64,000 bases of DNA from the human T2T-CHM13v2.0 reference genome, Homo sapiens (GCF_009914755.1 NC_060939.1); one strand, 5' to 3'. Positions 16,681 to 34,864 are shown, numbered from the stretch's first letter. Notes: generated from the sequence alone by a model not told the origin. Translations and numbers: made by a program.

Positions 16681-17227
16681 GATGAATTATCTTATGATTT
16701 ATTTGTGTACTTATTTTCAGACGGAGTCTCGCTCTGGGCGGGGCGAGGCGAGGCGAGGCACAGCGCATCGCTTTGGAAGCCGCGGCAACGCCTTTCAAAG
16801 CCCCATTCGTATGCACAGAGCCTTATTCCCTTCCTGGAGTTGGAGCTGATGCCTTCCGTAGCCTTGGGCTTCTCTCCATTCGGAAGCTTTGACAGGCGCA
16901 ACCCCACCCAGAGGCTGGCTGCGGCTGAGGATTAGGGGGTGTGTTGGGGCTGAAAACTGGGTCCCCTATTTTTGATACCTCAGCCGACACATCCCCCGAC
17001 CGCCATCGCTTGCTCGCCCTCTGAGATCCCCCGCCTCCACCGCCTTGCAGGCTCACCTCTTACTTTCATTTCTTCCTTTCTTGCGTTTGAGGAGGGGGTG
17101 CGGGAATGAGGGTGTGTGTGGGGAGGGGGTGCGGGGTGGGGACGGAGGGGAGCGTCCTAAGGGTCGATTTAGTGTCATGCCTCTTTCACCACCACCACCA
17201 CCACCGAAGATGACAGCAAGGATCGGC

Positions 17228-17496
17228 TAAATACCGCGTGTTCTCATCTAGAAGTGGGAACTTACAGATGACAGTTCTTGCATGGGCAGAACGAGGGGGA
17301 CCGGGGACGCGGAAGCCTGCTTGAGGGAGGAGGGGTGGAAGGAGAGACAGCTTCAGGAAGAAAACAAAACACGAATACTGTCGGACACAGCACTGACTAC
17401 CCGGGTGATGAAATCATCTGCACACTGAACACCCCCGTCACAAGTTTACCTATGTCACAATCTTGCACATGTATGCTTGAACGACAAATAAAAGTT
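17228..17496 (+). mobile_element. L1 (old L1PA-like) 3' UTR end
   Basis: AAATACCGCGTGTTCTCA...GGGTGATGAAATCATCTG...CAAGTTTACCTATGT...TGCACATGTA...AAATAAAAGTT resembles the primate L1 3' end as I recall it; followed by (GA)n. Confidence 0.8.
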
Positions 17497-17696
17497 AGGG
17501 GGGAGAAGAGAGGAGAGAGAGAGAGAGAGAGAGACAGAGAGAGACAGAGAGAGAGAGAGAGGAGGGAGAGAGAAAACGAAACACCACCTCCTTGACCTGA
17601 GTCAGGGGGTTTCTGGCCTTTTGGGAGAACGTTCAGCGACAATGCAGTATTTGGGCCCGTTCTTTTTTTTTCTTCTTCTTTTCTTTCTTTTTTTTT

Positions 17697-17963
17697 GGAC
17701 TGAGTCTCTCTCGCTCTGTCACCCAGGCTGCGGTGCGGTGGCGCTCTCTCGGCTCACTGAAACCTCTGCTTCCCGGGTTCCAGTGATTCTTCTTCGGTAG
17801 CTGGGATTACAGGCGCACACCATGACGGCCGGCTCATATTCCTATTTTCAGTAGAGACGGGGTTTCTCCACGTTGGCCACGCTGGTCTCGAACTCCTGAC
17901 CTCAAATGATCCGCCTTCCTGGGCCTCCCAAAGTGCTGGAAACGACAGGCCTGAGCCGCCGGG
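17697..17963 (-). mobile_element. Alu (LR1, minus strand)
   Basis: CGCTCTGTCACCCAGGCTG...GCTGGTCTCGAACTCCTGACCTC...CCTCCCAAAGTGCTGG. Confidence 0.9.
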
Positions 17964-18252
17964 ATTTCAGCCTTTAAAAGCGCGGGCCCTGCCACCTTTC
18001 GCTGTGGCCCTTACGCTCAGAATGACGTGTCCTCTCTGCCGTAGGTTGACTCCTTGAGTCCCCTAGGCCATTGCACTGTAGCCTGGGCAGCAAGAGCCAA
18101 ACTCCGTCCCCCCACCTCCCCGCGCACATAATAACTAACTAACAAACTAACTAACTAACTAAACTAACTAAATAAATAAAATCTCTACACGTCACCTCTA
18201 AGTGTGTGTTCCCGTGAGGAGTGATTTCTAAGAAATGGCACTGTACACTGAA

Positions 18253-18652
<400 letters not shown>

Positions 18653-18659
18653 CTAGGGC

Positions 18660-19016
18660 CTTCTCTCTGTCTGTTTCTCTCTGTTCGTCTCTGTCTTTCT
18701 CTCTGTGTCTCTTTCTCTGTCTGTCTGTCTCTTTCTTTCTCTCTGTCTCTGTCTCTGTCTTTGTCTCTCTCTCTCCCTCTCTGCCTGTCTCACTGTGTCT
18801 GTCTTCTGTCTTACTCTCTTTCTCTCCCCGTCTGTCTCTCTCTCTCTCTCTCCCTCCCTGTTTGTTTCTCTCTCTCCCTCCCTGTCTGTTTCTCTCTCTC
18901 TCTTTCTGTCTGTTTCTGTCTCTCTCTGTCTGTCTATGTCTTTCTCTGTCTGTCTCTTTCTCTGTCTGTCTGCCTCTCTCTTTCTTTTTCTGTGTCTCTC
19001 TGTCGGTCTCTCTCTC

Positions 19017-19051
<35 letters not shown>

Positions 19052-19243
19052 GTGCCTATCTTCTGTCTTACTCTCTTTCTCTGCCTGTCTGTCTGTCTCT
19101 CCCTCCGTTTCTGTTTCTCTCTCTCTCTCTCTCTCTCTCCCCCTCTCCCTGTCTGTTTCTCTCCGTCTCTCTCTCTTTCTGTCTGTTTCTCACTGTCTCT
19201 CTCTGTCCATCTCTCTCTCTCTCTGTCTGTCTCTTTCGTTCTC

Positions 19244-19304
<61 letters not shown>

Positions 19305-19346
19305 CTCTCTGTGTGTATCTTCTGTCTTACTCTCCTTCTCTGCCTG

Positions 19347-19380
<34 letters not shown>

Positions 19381-19828
19381 CCTTTCTGTCTCTCTCTCTC
19401 TCTGTCCCTCTCTCTTTCTGTCTGTTCCTCTCTCTCTCTCTGTCTCTGTCTTTCTCTGTCTGTCTGCCTCTCTCTTTCTTTCTCTTTCTGTGTCTCTCTG
19501 TCTCTCTCACTGTGTGTGTGTCTCTGTCTCTGCCTCTCTCTCTCTCTCTCTCTCTGTCTGTCTCTCTCACTGTGTGTGTCTGTCTTCTGTCTTACTCTCC
19601 TTCTCTGCCTGTCCGTCTGTCTGTCTGTCTCTCCCTCTCTCTCCCTCCCTTTCTGTTTCTCTCTCTCTCTCTCTCTCTTTCTGTCTGTTTCTCTCTTTCT
19701 CTCTCTGTCTGTCTCTTTCTCTGTCTGTCTGTCTCTCTCTTTCTTTTTCTCTGTCTCTCTGTCTCTCTCTGTGCCTGTCTCTCTGTCTGTGCCTATCTTC
19801 TGTCTTACTCTCTTTCTCTGGCTGACTG

Positions 19829-19869
<41 letters not shown>

Positions 19870-19970
19870 GTCTCCGTCCCTCCCTCCCTGTCTGTCTGTT
19901 TCTCTCTCTGTCCATTTCTGTCTGTCTCTTTCTCTTTCTCTCTCTTTCTTTCTCTCTGTCTCTCTCTGTC

Positions 19971-20029
<59 letters not shown>

Positions 20030-20237
20030 CTCTCTCACTGTGTCGGTCTTCTGTCTTACTCTCTTTCTCTGCCTGCCTCTCTGTCTGTCTGTCTGTCTCT
20101 CTCCCTCCATGTCTCTCTCTCTCTCTCTCTCACTCACTGTCTCTCCGTCTCTCTCTCTTTCTGTCTGTTTCTCTCTGTCTCTGTCTTTCTGTGTGTCTGT
20201 CTGTCTCTCTCTCTATTTGTCTTTCTCCCTCCCTGTC

Positions 20238-20278
<41 letters not shown>

Positions 20279-20345
20279 GTCTGTTTCTCTCTATCTCTCG
20301 CTGTCCATCTCTGTCTTTCTATGTCTGTCTCTTTCTCTGTCAGTC
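18660..20345 (+). repeat. Complex (CT/CTGT)n pyrimidine tract 1
   Basis: ~1.7 kb almost without A. Confidence 0.97.
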
Positions 20346-20603
20346 TGTCAGACACCCCCGTGCCGGGTAGGGCCCTGCCCCTTCCACGAAAGTGAGAAGC
20401 GCGTGCTTCGGTGCTTAGAGAGGCCGAGAGGAATCTAGACAGGCGGGCCTTGCTGGGCTTCCCCACTCGGTGTACGATTTCGGGAGGTCGAGGCCGGGTC
20501 CCCGCTTGGATGCGAGGGGCATTTTCAGACTTTTCTCTCGGTCACGTGTGGCGTCCGTACTTCTCCTATTTCCCCGATAAGCTCCTCGACTTCAACATAA
20601 ACG

Positions 20604-25153
<4,550 letters not shown>

Positions 25154-25159
25154 TGTGAA

Positions 25160-25362
25160 GGCCGGACGCAACACGGCGAAACCCCGTCTCTACTAAAAAT
25201 ACAAAGCTGAGTCGGGAGCGGTGGGGCAGGCCCCTGTAATGCCAGCTCCTCGGGAGGCTGAGGCGGGAGAATCGCTTGAACCAGGGAAGCGGAGGCTGCA
25301 GGGAGCCGAGATCGCGCCACTGCACTACGGCCCAGGCTGTAGAGTGAGTGAGACTCGGTCTC
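25160..25362 (+). mobile_element. Alu, 5'-truncated at the LR2 boundary
   Basis: AAACCCCGTCTCTACTAAAAATACAAA...GAGAATCGCTTGAACC. Confidence 0.9.
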
Positions 25363-26555
25363 TAAATAAATACGGAAATTAATTAATTCATTAATTCTTT
25401 TCCCTGCTGACGGACATTTGCAGGCAGGCATCGGTTGTCTTCGGGCATCACCTAGCGGCCACTGTTATTGAAAGTCGACGTGACACGGAGGGAGGTCTCG
25501 CCGACTTCACCGAGCCTGGGGCAACGGGTTTCTCTCTCTCCCTTCTGGAGGCCCCTCCCTCTCTCCCTCGTTGCCTAGGGAACCTCGCCTAGGGAACCTC
25601 CGCCCTGGCGGGGGCCCTATTGTTCTTTGATCGGCGCTTTACTTTTCTTTGTGTTTTGGCGCCTAGACTCTTCTACTTGGGCTTTGGGAAGGGTCAGTTT
25701 AATTTTCAAGTTGCCCCCCGGCTCCCCCCACTACCCACGTCCCTTCACCTTAATTTAGTGAGTCGGTTAGGTGGGTTTCCCCCAAACCGCCCCCCCCCCC
25801 CCGCCTCCCAACACCCTGCTTGGAAACCTTCCAGAGCCACCCCGGTGTGCCTCCGTCTTCTCTCCCCTTCCCCCACCCCTTGCCGGCGATCTCATTCTTG
25901 CCAGGCTGACATTTGCATCGGTGGGCGTCAGGCCTCACTCGGGGGCCACCGTTTTTGAAGATGGGGGCGGCACGGTCCCACTTCCCCGGAGGCAGCTTGG
26001 GCCGATGGCATAGCCCCTTGACCCGCGTGGGCAAGCGGGCGGGTCTGCAGTTGTGAGGCTTTTCCCCCCGCTGCTTCCCGCCTCAGGCCTCCCTCCCTAG
26101 GAAAGCTTCACCCTGGCTGGGTCTCGGTCACCTTTTATCACGATGTTTTAGTTTCTCCGCCCTCCGGCCAGCAGAGTTTCACAATGCGAAGGGCGCCACG
26201 GCTCTAGTCTGGGCCTTCTCAGTACTTGCCCAAAATAGAAACGCTTTCTGAAAACTAATAACTTTGCTCACTTAAGATTTCCAGGGACGGCGCCTTGGCC
26301 CGTGTTTGTTGGCTTGTTTTGTTTCGTTCTGTTTTGTTTTGTTCGTGTTTTTCCTTTCTCGTATGTCTTTCTTTTCAGGTGAAGTAGAAATCCCCAGTTT
26401 TCAGGAAGACGTCTATTTTCCCCAAGACACGTTAGCTGCCGTTTTTTCCTGTTGTGAACTAGCGCTTTTGTGACTCTCTCAACGTGCAGTGAGAGCCGGT
26501 TGATGTTTACTATCCTTCATCATGACATCTTATTTTCTAGAAATCCGTAGGCGAA

Positions 26556-26643
26556 TGCTGCTGCTGCTCTTGTTGCTGTTGTTGTTGTTGTTGTTGTCGT
26601 CGTTGCTGTTGTCGTTGTCGTTGTTGTTGTCGTTGTCGTTGTT
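26556..26643. repeat. (GCT/GTT/GTC)n trinucleotide repeat
   Basis: Direct read. Confidence 0.9.
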
Positions 26644-26729
26644 TTCAAAGTATACCCCGGCCACCGTTTATGGGATCAAAAGCATTATAAAATATGTGTG
26701 ATTATTTCTTGAGCACGCCCTTCCTCCCC

Positions 26730-27316
26730 CTCTCTCTGTCTCTCTGTCTGTCTCTGTCTCTCTCTTTCTCTGTCTGTCTTCTCTCTCTCTCTCTCTCTGT
26801 GTCTCTCTCTCTCTGCCTGTCTGTTTCTCTCTCTCTGCCTCTCTCTCTCTCTCTCTCTCTGCCTGTCTCTCTCACTGTGTCTGTCTTCTGTCTTACTCCC
26901 TTTCTCTGTCTGTCTGTCGGTCTCTCTCTCTCTCTCTCCCTGTCTGTATGTTTCTCTCTGTCTCTGTCTCTCTCTCTCTTTCTGTTTCTCTCTCTCCGTC
27001 TCTGTCTTTCTCTGACTGTCTCTCTCTTTCCTTCTCTCTGTCTCTCTCTGCCTGTCTCTCTCACTCTGTCTTCTGTCTTACTCTCTCTCTCTGCCTGCCT
27101 GTCTCTCTCACTCTCTCTCTCTGTGTGTCTCTCTCTCTCTTTCTGTTTCTCTCTGTCTCTCTGTCCGTCTCTGTCTTTCTCTGTCTGTCTCTTTGTCTGT
27201 CTGTCTTTGTCTTTCCTTCTCTCTGTCTCTGTCTCTCTCACTGTGTCTGTCTTCTGTCTTAGTCTCTCTCTCTCTCTCTCCCTGTCTGTCTGTCTCTCTC
27301 TCTCTCTCCCCCTGTC

Positions 27317-27361
<45 letters not shown>

Positions 27362-27634
27362 TTGTCTTTCTTTCTGTCTCTGTCTCTCTCTCTCTCTCTG
27401 TGTGTCTGTCTTCTGTCTTACTGTCTTTCTCTGCCTGTCTGTCTGTCTGTCTCTCTCTGTCTGTCTCTCTCTCTCTCTCCCCCCTGTCGGCTGTTTCTCT
27501 GTCTCTGTCTGTGTCTCTCTTTCTGTCTGTTTCTCTCTGTCTGTCTTTCTCTCTCTGTCTCTTTCTCTCTGTCTCTCTGTCTGTCTCTGTCTCTCTCTCT
27601 GTCTCTCTCTCTCTGTGGGGGGGTGTGTGTGTGT

Positions 27635-27671
<37 letters not shown>

Positions 27672-27922
27672 TGCCTTCTGTCTTACTCTCTTTCTCTGCC
27701 TGTCTGTCTGCCTGTCTGTTTGTCTCTCTCTCTCTGCCTGTCTCTCTCCCTTCCTGTCTGTTTCTCTCTCTTTCTGTTTCTCTCTGTCTCTGTCCATCTC
27801 TGTCTTTCTCCGTCTGTCTCTTTATCTGTCTCTCTCCGTCTGTCTCTTTATCTGTCTCTCTCTCTCTTTCTGTCTTTCTCTCTCTGTGTATCGTTGTCTC
27901 TCTCTGTCTGTCTCTGTCTCTG

Positions 27923-27955
<33 letters not shown>

Positions 27956-28010
27956 GTCTGTCTGTCCGTCTGTCTGTCTCGGTCTCTGGCTCTCGCTATC
28001 TCCCGCCCTC
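26730..28010 (+). repeat. Complex CT tract 3 with embedded (GT)n at ~27620-27670
   Basis: Direct read. Confidence 0.97.
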
Positions 28011-29298
28011 TCTTTTTTTGCAAAAGAAGCTCAAGTACATCTAATCTAATCCCTTACCAAGGCCTGAATTCTTCACTTCTGACATCCCAGATTTGATCTC
28101 CCTACAGAATGCTGTACAGAACTGGCGAGTTGATTTCTGGACTTGGATACCTCATAGAAACTACATATGAATAAAGATCCAATCCTAAAATCTGGGGTGG
28201 CTTCTCCCTCGACTGTCTCGAAAAATCGTACCTCTGTTCCCCTAGGATGCCGGAAGAGTTTTCTCAATGTGCATCTGCCCGTGTCCTAAGTGATCTGTGA
28301 CCGAGCCCTGTCCGTCCTGTCTCAAATATGTACGTGCAAACACTTCTCTCCATTTCCACAACTACCCACGGCCCCTTGTGGAACCACTGGCTCTTTGAAA
28401 AAAATCCCAGAAGTGGTTTTGGCTTTTTGGCTAGGAGGCCTAAGCCTGCTGAGAACTTTCCTGCCCAGGATCCTGTGTGACCAAAAGTGCCTCTGCTGGG
28501 AGCTGGGATCCTCGGGACCATGCTTGCTAGCGCTGGATGAGTCTCTGGAAGGACGCACGGGACTCCGCAAAGCTGACCTGTCCCACCGAGGTCAAATGGA
28601 TACCTCTGCATTGGCCCGAGGCCTCCGAAGTACATCACCGTCACCAACCGTCACCGTCAGCATCCTTGTGAGCCTGCCCAAGGCCCCGCCTCCGGGGAGA
28701 CTCTTGGGAGCCCGGCCTTCGTCGGCTAAAGTCCAAAGGGATGGTGACTTCCACCCACAAGGTCCCCACTGAACGGCGAAGATGTGGAGCGTAGGTCAGA
28801 GAGGGGACCAGGAGGGGAGACGTCCCGACAGGCGACGAGTTCCCAAGGCTCTGGCCACCCCACCCACGCCCCACGCCCCACGTCCCGGGCACCCGCGGGA
28901 CACCGCCGCTTTATCCCCTCCTCTGTCCACAGCCGGCCCCACCCCACCACGCAACCCACGCACACACGCTGGAGGTTCCAAAACCACACGGTGTGACTAG
29001 AGCCTGACGGAGCGAGAGCCCATTTCACGAGGTGGGAGGGGTGGGGGTGGGGTGGGTTGGGGGTTGTGGGGTCTGTGGCGAGCCCGATTCTCCCTCTTGG
29101 GTGGCTACAGGCTAGAAATGAATATCGCTTCTTGGGCGGAGGGGCTTCCTTAGGCCATCACCGCTTGCGGGACTACCTCTCAAACCCTCCCTTGAGGCCA
29201 CAAAATAGATTCCACCCCACCCATCGACGTTTCCCCCGGGTGCTGGATGTATCCTGTCAAGAGACCTGAGCCTGACACCGTCGAATTAAACACCTTGA

Positions 29299-29532
<234 letters not shown>

Positions 29533-29574
29533 TAGATTCGAGCCACACCTCATTCCGTGCCACAGAGAGACTTC

Positions 29575-32500
29575 TTTTTTTTTTTTTTTTTAAGCGCAAC
29601 GCAACATGTCTGCCTTATTTGAGTGGCTTCCTATATCATTATAATTGTGTTATAGATGAAGAAACGGTATTAAACACTGTGCTAATGATAGTGAAAGTGA
29701 AGACAAAAGAAAGGCTATCTATTTTGTGGTTAGAATAAAGTTGCTCAGTATTTAGAGCTACCTAAATACGTCAGCATTTACACTCTTCCTAGTAAAAGCT
29801 GGCCAATCTGAATAATCCTCCTTTAAACAAACACAATTTTTGATAGGGTTAAGATTTTTTTAAGAATGCGACTCCTGCAAAATAGCTGAACAGACGATAC
29901 ACATTTAAAAAAATAACAACACAAGGATCAACCAGACTTGGGAAAAAATCGAAAACCACACAAGTCTTATGAAGAACTGAGTTCTTAAAATAGGACGGAG
30001 AACGTAGCTATCGGAAGAGAAGGCAGTATTGGCAAGTTGATTGTTACGTTGGTCAGCAGTAGCTGGCACTATCTTTTTGGCCATCTTTCGGGCAATGTAA
30101 CTACTACAGCAAAATGAGATATGATCCATGAAACAACATATTCGCAAATCAAAAAGTGTTTCAGTAATATAATGCTTCAGATTTAGAAGCAAATCAAATG
30201 ATAGAACTCCACTGCTGTAATAAGTCACCCCAAAGATCACCGTATCTGACAAAATAACTACCACAGGGTTATGACTTCAGAATCATACTTTCTCTTGATA
30301 TTTACTTATGTATGTATTTATTTTTTTTAATTTATTTCTCTTGAGACGGCGTCTCGCTCTGTCGCCCAGGCTGGAGTGCGATGGTGTGATCTCGGCTCAC
30401 TGCAACCGCCACCTCCCTGGGTTCAAGCGATTCTCCTGCCTCAGCCTCCCGAGTAGCTGGGACTACAGGTGCCCGCCACCACGCCCAGCTAATCTTTATA
30501 CTTTTAATAGAGACGGGGTTTCACCGTGTCGGCCCGGATGGTCTCGATCTCTTGACCTCGTGACCCGCCCGCCTCGGCCTCCCAAAGTGCTGGGATGACA
30601 GGCGTGAGCCACTGAGCCCGGCCTTCTCTTGACGTTTAAACTATGAAGTCAGTCCAGAGAAACGCAATAAATGTCAACGGTGAGGATGGTGTTGAGGCAG
30701 AAGTAGGACCACACTTTTTCCTATCTTATTCAGTTGATAACAATATGACCTAGGTAGTAATTTCCTATGTGCCTACTTATACACGAGTACAAAAGAGTAA
30801 AACAGAGAGACTGCTAAATTAAAGGGTACGTGAAGTTCTTCATAGTAACTCCGTAAACTGGAACACTGTCAAAAAGCAGCAGCTAGTGAATTGTTTCCAT
30901 GTATTTTTCTATGATCCAATAAGTGAACTATGCTATTCCTTTCCAGTCTCCCAAGCACTTCTTGTCCCCATCACCACTTCGGTGCTCGAAGAAAAAGTAA
31001 CAAATCAAGGAACACAACTAAAGAAACACACACACAAACCAAAGACAACTACAGCGTCTGCAAAAGTTTGCTAGAAGACTGAAACTGTTGAGTATAAGGA
31101 TCTGGTATTCTACGATGATCATGAGTTCACTTCAGAGTTTGTTCAAGACATACGTTTCGTAAGGAAACATCTTAGTTAGAAGTTATTCAGCAGTAGGTAC
31201 CATCCCTAAGTATTTTTCACCAAATTCGTGACAATAAAGAGCTATCTAACCAGAAAAATTAGCGAGTACCGGCACCATCCATAGGGCTTTGTCTTTACGC
31301 TTCATTAGCACTTACCATGCCTTACAATGTCTAGGATTGACCCTGATAGCATTTCGAAAACAAGCTAATGCTTTGTCCAGTTCTTCAGTGAAGACAAGCT
31401 CACGCCCTAATGCGCTATAGGCATAAGCATCATTTGGATCCACTTCGAGAGTTCTCTGGAAGAATTGAATCGCAATATCGTGTTCCCGTTGCAGACCGAA
31501 ACAGTTCCCTGCAGCACACCAGGCCTCTGGCTGGCGAATTTTTATCCATGTCTGTGAAGTCTTTGGACAGAACTGAAAGAGCAACCTCTTTCGGAGGATG
31601 CCAAAGTGTTGTAGAGTAGATCTCCATGCCTTCGACTCTGTAATTCTCAATCCTCCTAACCTCTGAGAATTGTCTTTCAGCTTGCGTGGACTCTGAAAGT
31701 TTACAATAGGCCCTTCCGATTTGGCACAGTACCCAACCGGTATTGCAGTGGTGAGAAGCTAGATGGCTCAAGATGCTGATAGCTTCTTTGCCGTGGTAAG
31801 AACACAAAGCTAAATAACCTTTCCCCCTTTCACGAAGAAGGCTCATCAAGCCTTCCGCTGCTGCTTTTTGTAGATTAAAAGCCTGAATCTGAGGCGCGAT
31901 TGCGGCTATTTTCCCTTCTGAAATGACGGAAGAGTCCAATTTTGTCACTTCCAGGCTATCACTTATGTTCGGTGGAGTTATTGCTCCTTTATTAGTTTTA
32001 CTTTTGGTTCTTCTGTTTGGGATTTTAGGTGGAAACTTCATTTTTAATTTTCTCCTATTCTCCTCGGTTGTGGAGCTGTCACTAGTCAAGAGTCGTGAAT
32101 TTCTTCGAGGCGGTGCATTTGGGGGAGATGCCATAGTGGGGCTCAATACCTGAGGTGTTGCCCTTGTCGGCGGACCAGAACTTTGTGTTTTTGCAAGGAC
32201 TGGAGTTACCTTTCGGCTCTTTCCCCTCTGCGAGAAGACAGACGGTGTTCCGGTTTGGCCGATTCTGGCAACAGGCTTTTCTGAAGGGGCTCCGGTGGAT
32301 GGCACGTCAATGACAGACGGTGTCTCATACCAGTGCAGTTTTGTCAATAGGGTCCGTCTCCGGGACTTGGGGTTTCTAATGGCAAAATGCCAACACTTGG
32401 GGTTAATGGACTAACAGCTGCTGGTCCTCCTAATAAACTTCGACCAGTTTTTGGTTTATGTTGAACCTGTTTAGATCATATGGAAGTTCCTGTTCCCAGT

Positions 32501-33376
32501 GGGACAGTATCAGGTGAAAGGACAGCTGAATCGATAGAAGACACTGGGGAGTCTGTATTCAAGGAGTACTTTGAATTGGAAGATTCTAAATTCCATCCGT
32601 TTCATTCGACGGTGTCCTGGGGTGTTTCCGTAAGAACGGTCTCGGGCTGTCTGTGACATAAACTAGGACGAGGTCCAAGTGTTGTGGCGCAACACTTGGA
32701 CAGGCAGTTGCTAAAGCTCTCTAGAGAGGTGAATCAAAATGTTTGGTCAGGATCTGGCTTTTCCCCCCTATTTCACATCATGATTCAAAGGGACACCAGA
32801 GGAAAGGATTTCAACGAAGGCTCTTTTGGTCACATTCTGATCCTTTGGTAAGCCGATCTGTCTTGCAATATACATGTCCCGACGATGGAAGGGGAAAGCG
32901 AGCTGAATCACCAAACTCAGGAACGATAATATCATCGTGGCTTTTCTGCTTATGAAACACTCCACCCGATAAGATTTGATCCCCTTCTGCAAGCTTGCTG
33001 AGATCAACACAACATTTCGCAAGCAGGCATTTGCATTGCGGGGTAGTACAACTGTGTCCTTTCAAGAGTCTATATGTTTTATAGGCCTTTCCTGAGCGGT
33101 AAGAACAGGTCGCCAGTAAGAACAAGGCTTCTTCTGAGTGTACTTCTGCATAAAGGCGTTCTGCGGGGGAAACCGCATCTCGGTAGGCATAGTGGTTTAG
33201 TGCTTGCCATATAGCAGCCTGGACGGGTCCCTGCAGCACCGCCATCCTCGAGGCTCAGGCCCACTTTCTGCAGTGCCACAGGCACCCCCCCCCCCCCCCA
33301 TAGCGGCTCCGGCCCGGCCAGCCTCGGCTCATTTAAAGGCACCAGCCGCCGTTACCGGGGGATGGGGGAGTCCGAG
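29575..33376 (-). pseudogene. CDC27P: CDC27 (APC3) retro-pseudogene; coding-homologous part 33245-31316, frameshifted
   Basis: ORF 33245- reads MAVLQGPVQAAIWQALNHYAYRDAV (CDC27 is MTVLQEPVQAAIWQALNHYAYRDAV); further fragments FNLQKAAAEGLMSLLRE, VEGMEIYSTTLWH, PEAWCAAGNCFGLQREHD, ALACFRNAIRVNPRH lie in different frames with no introns. The extent beyond 31316 is inferred from the poly(A) and TSD. Confidence 0.95.
30343..30623 (-). mobile_element. Full-length Alu (AluSc/Y-like left arm)
   Basis: GAGACGGCGTCTCGCTCTGTCGCCCAGG...GATGGTCTCGATCTCTTGACCTCGTGA. Confidence 0.93.
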
Positions 33377-33901
33377 ACAGAATGACTTCTTTATCCTGCT
33401 GACTCTGGAAAGCCCGGCGCCTTGTGATCCATTGCAAACCGAGAGTCACCTCGTGTTTAGAACACGGATCCACTCCCAAGTTCAGTGGGGGGATGTGAGG
33501 GGTGTGGCAGGTAGGACGAAGGACTCTCTTCCTTCTGATTCGGTCTGCACAGTGGGGCCTAGGGCTGGAGCTCTCTCCGTGCGGACCGCTGACTCCCTCT
33601 ACCTTGGGTTCCCTCGGCCCCACCCTGGAACGCCGGGCCTTGGCAGATTCTGGCCCTTCCTGGCCCTTCAGTCGCTGTCAGAAACCCCATCTCATGCTCG
33701 GATGCCCCGAGTGACTGTGGCTCGCACCTCTCCGGAAACATTGGAAATCTCTCCTCTACGCGCGGCCACCTGAAACCACAGGAGCTCGGGACACACGTGC
33801 TTTCGGGAGAGAATGCTGAGAGTCTCTTGCCGACTCTCTCTTGACTTGAGTTCTTCGTGGGTGCGTGGTTAAGACGTAGTGAGACCAGATGTATTAACTC
33901 A

Positions 33902-34060
33902 GGCCGGGTGCTGGTGGCTCACGCCTGTAACCCCAACACTTTGGGAGGCCGAGGCCGTAGGATCCCTCGAGGAATCGCCTAACCCTGGGGAGGTTGAGGT
34001 TGCAGTGAGTGAGCCATAGTTGTGTCACTGTGCTCCAGTCTGGGCGAAAGACAGAATGAG
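33902..34060 (+). mobile_element. Short monomer-like or internally deleted Alu with (GGCA)n tail
   Basis: GGCCGGGTG...CTTTGGGAGGCCGAGG...GGTTGCAGTGAG. Confidence 0.85.
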
Positions 34061-34166
34061 GCCCTGCCACAGGCAGGCAGGCAGGCAGGCAGGCAGAAAG
34101 ACAACAGCTGTATTATGTTCTTCTCAGGGTAGGAAGCAAAAATAACAGAATACAGCACTTAATTAA

Positions 34167-34464
<298 letters not shown>

Positions 34465-34511
34465 GGCTACGTTTATTTATTTATTTTTTTAATTATTTTA
34501 CTTTTTTTTAG

Positions 34512-34864
<353 letters not shown>

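Noticed and set aside
29601-29611. p53 half-site-like CAACATGTCT
   Set aside because: A single imperfect half-site, expected by chance.
29905-30264. 119-aa minus-strand ORF
   Set aside because: No recognisable homology; lies in the presumed retained-intron sequence.
31312-33245. CDC27 fragments as a functional gene
   Set aside because: Multiple frameshifts, substitutions at conserved residues, and a stop at the unspliced donor.
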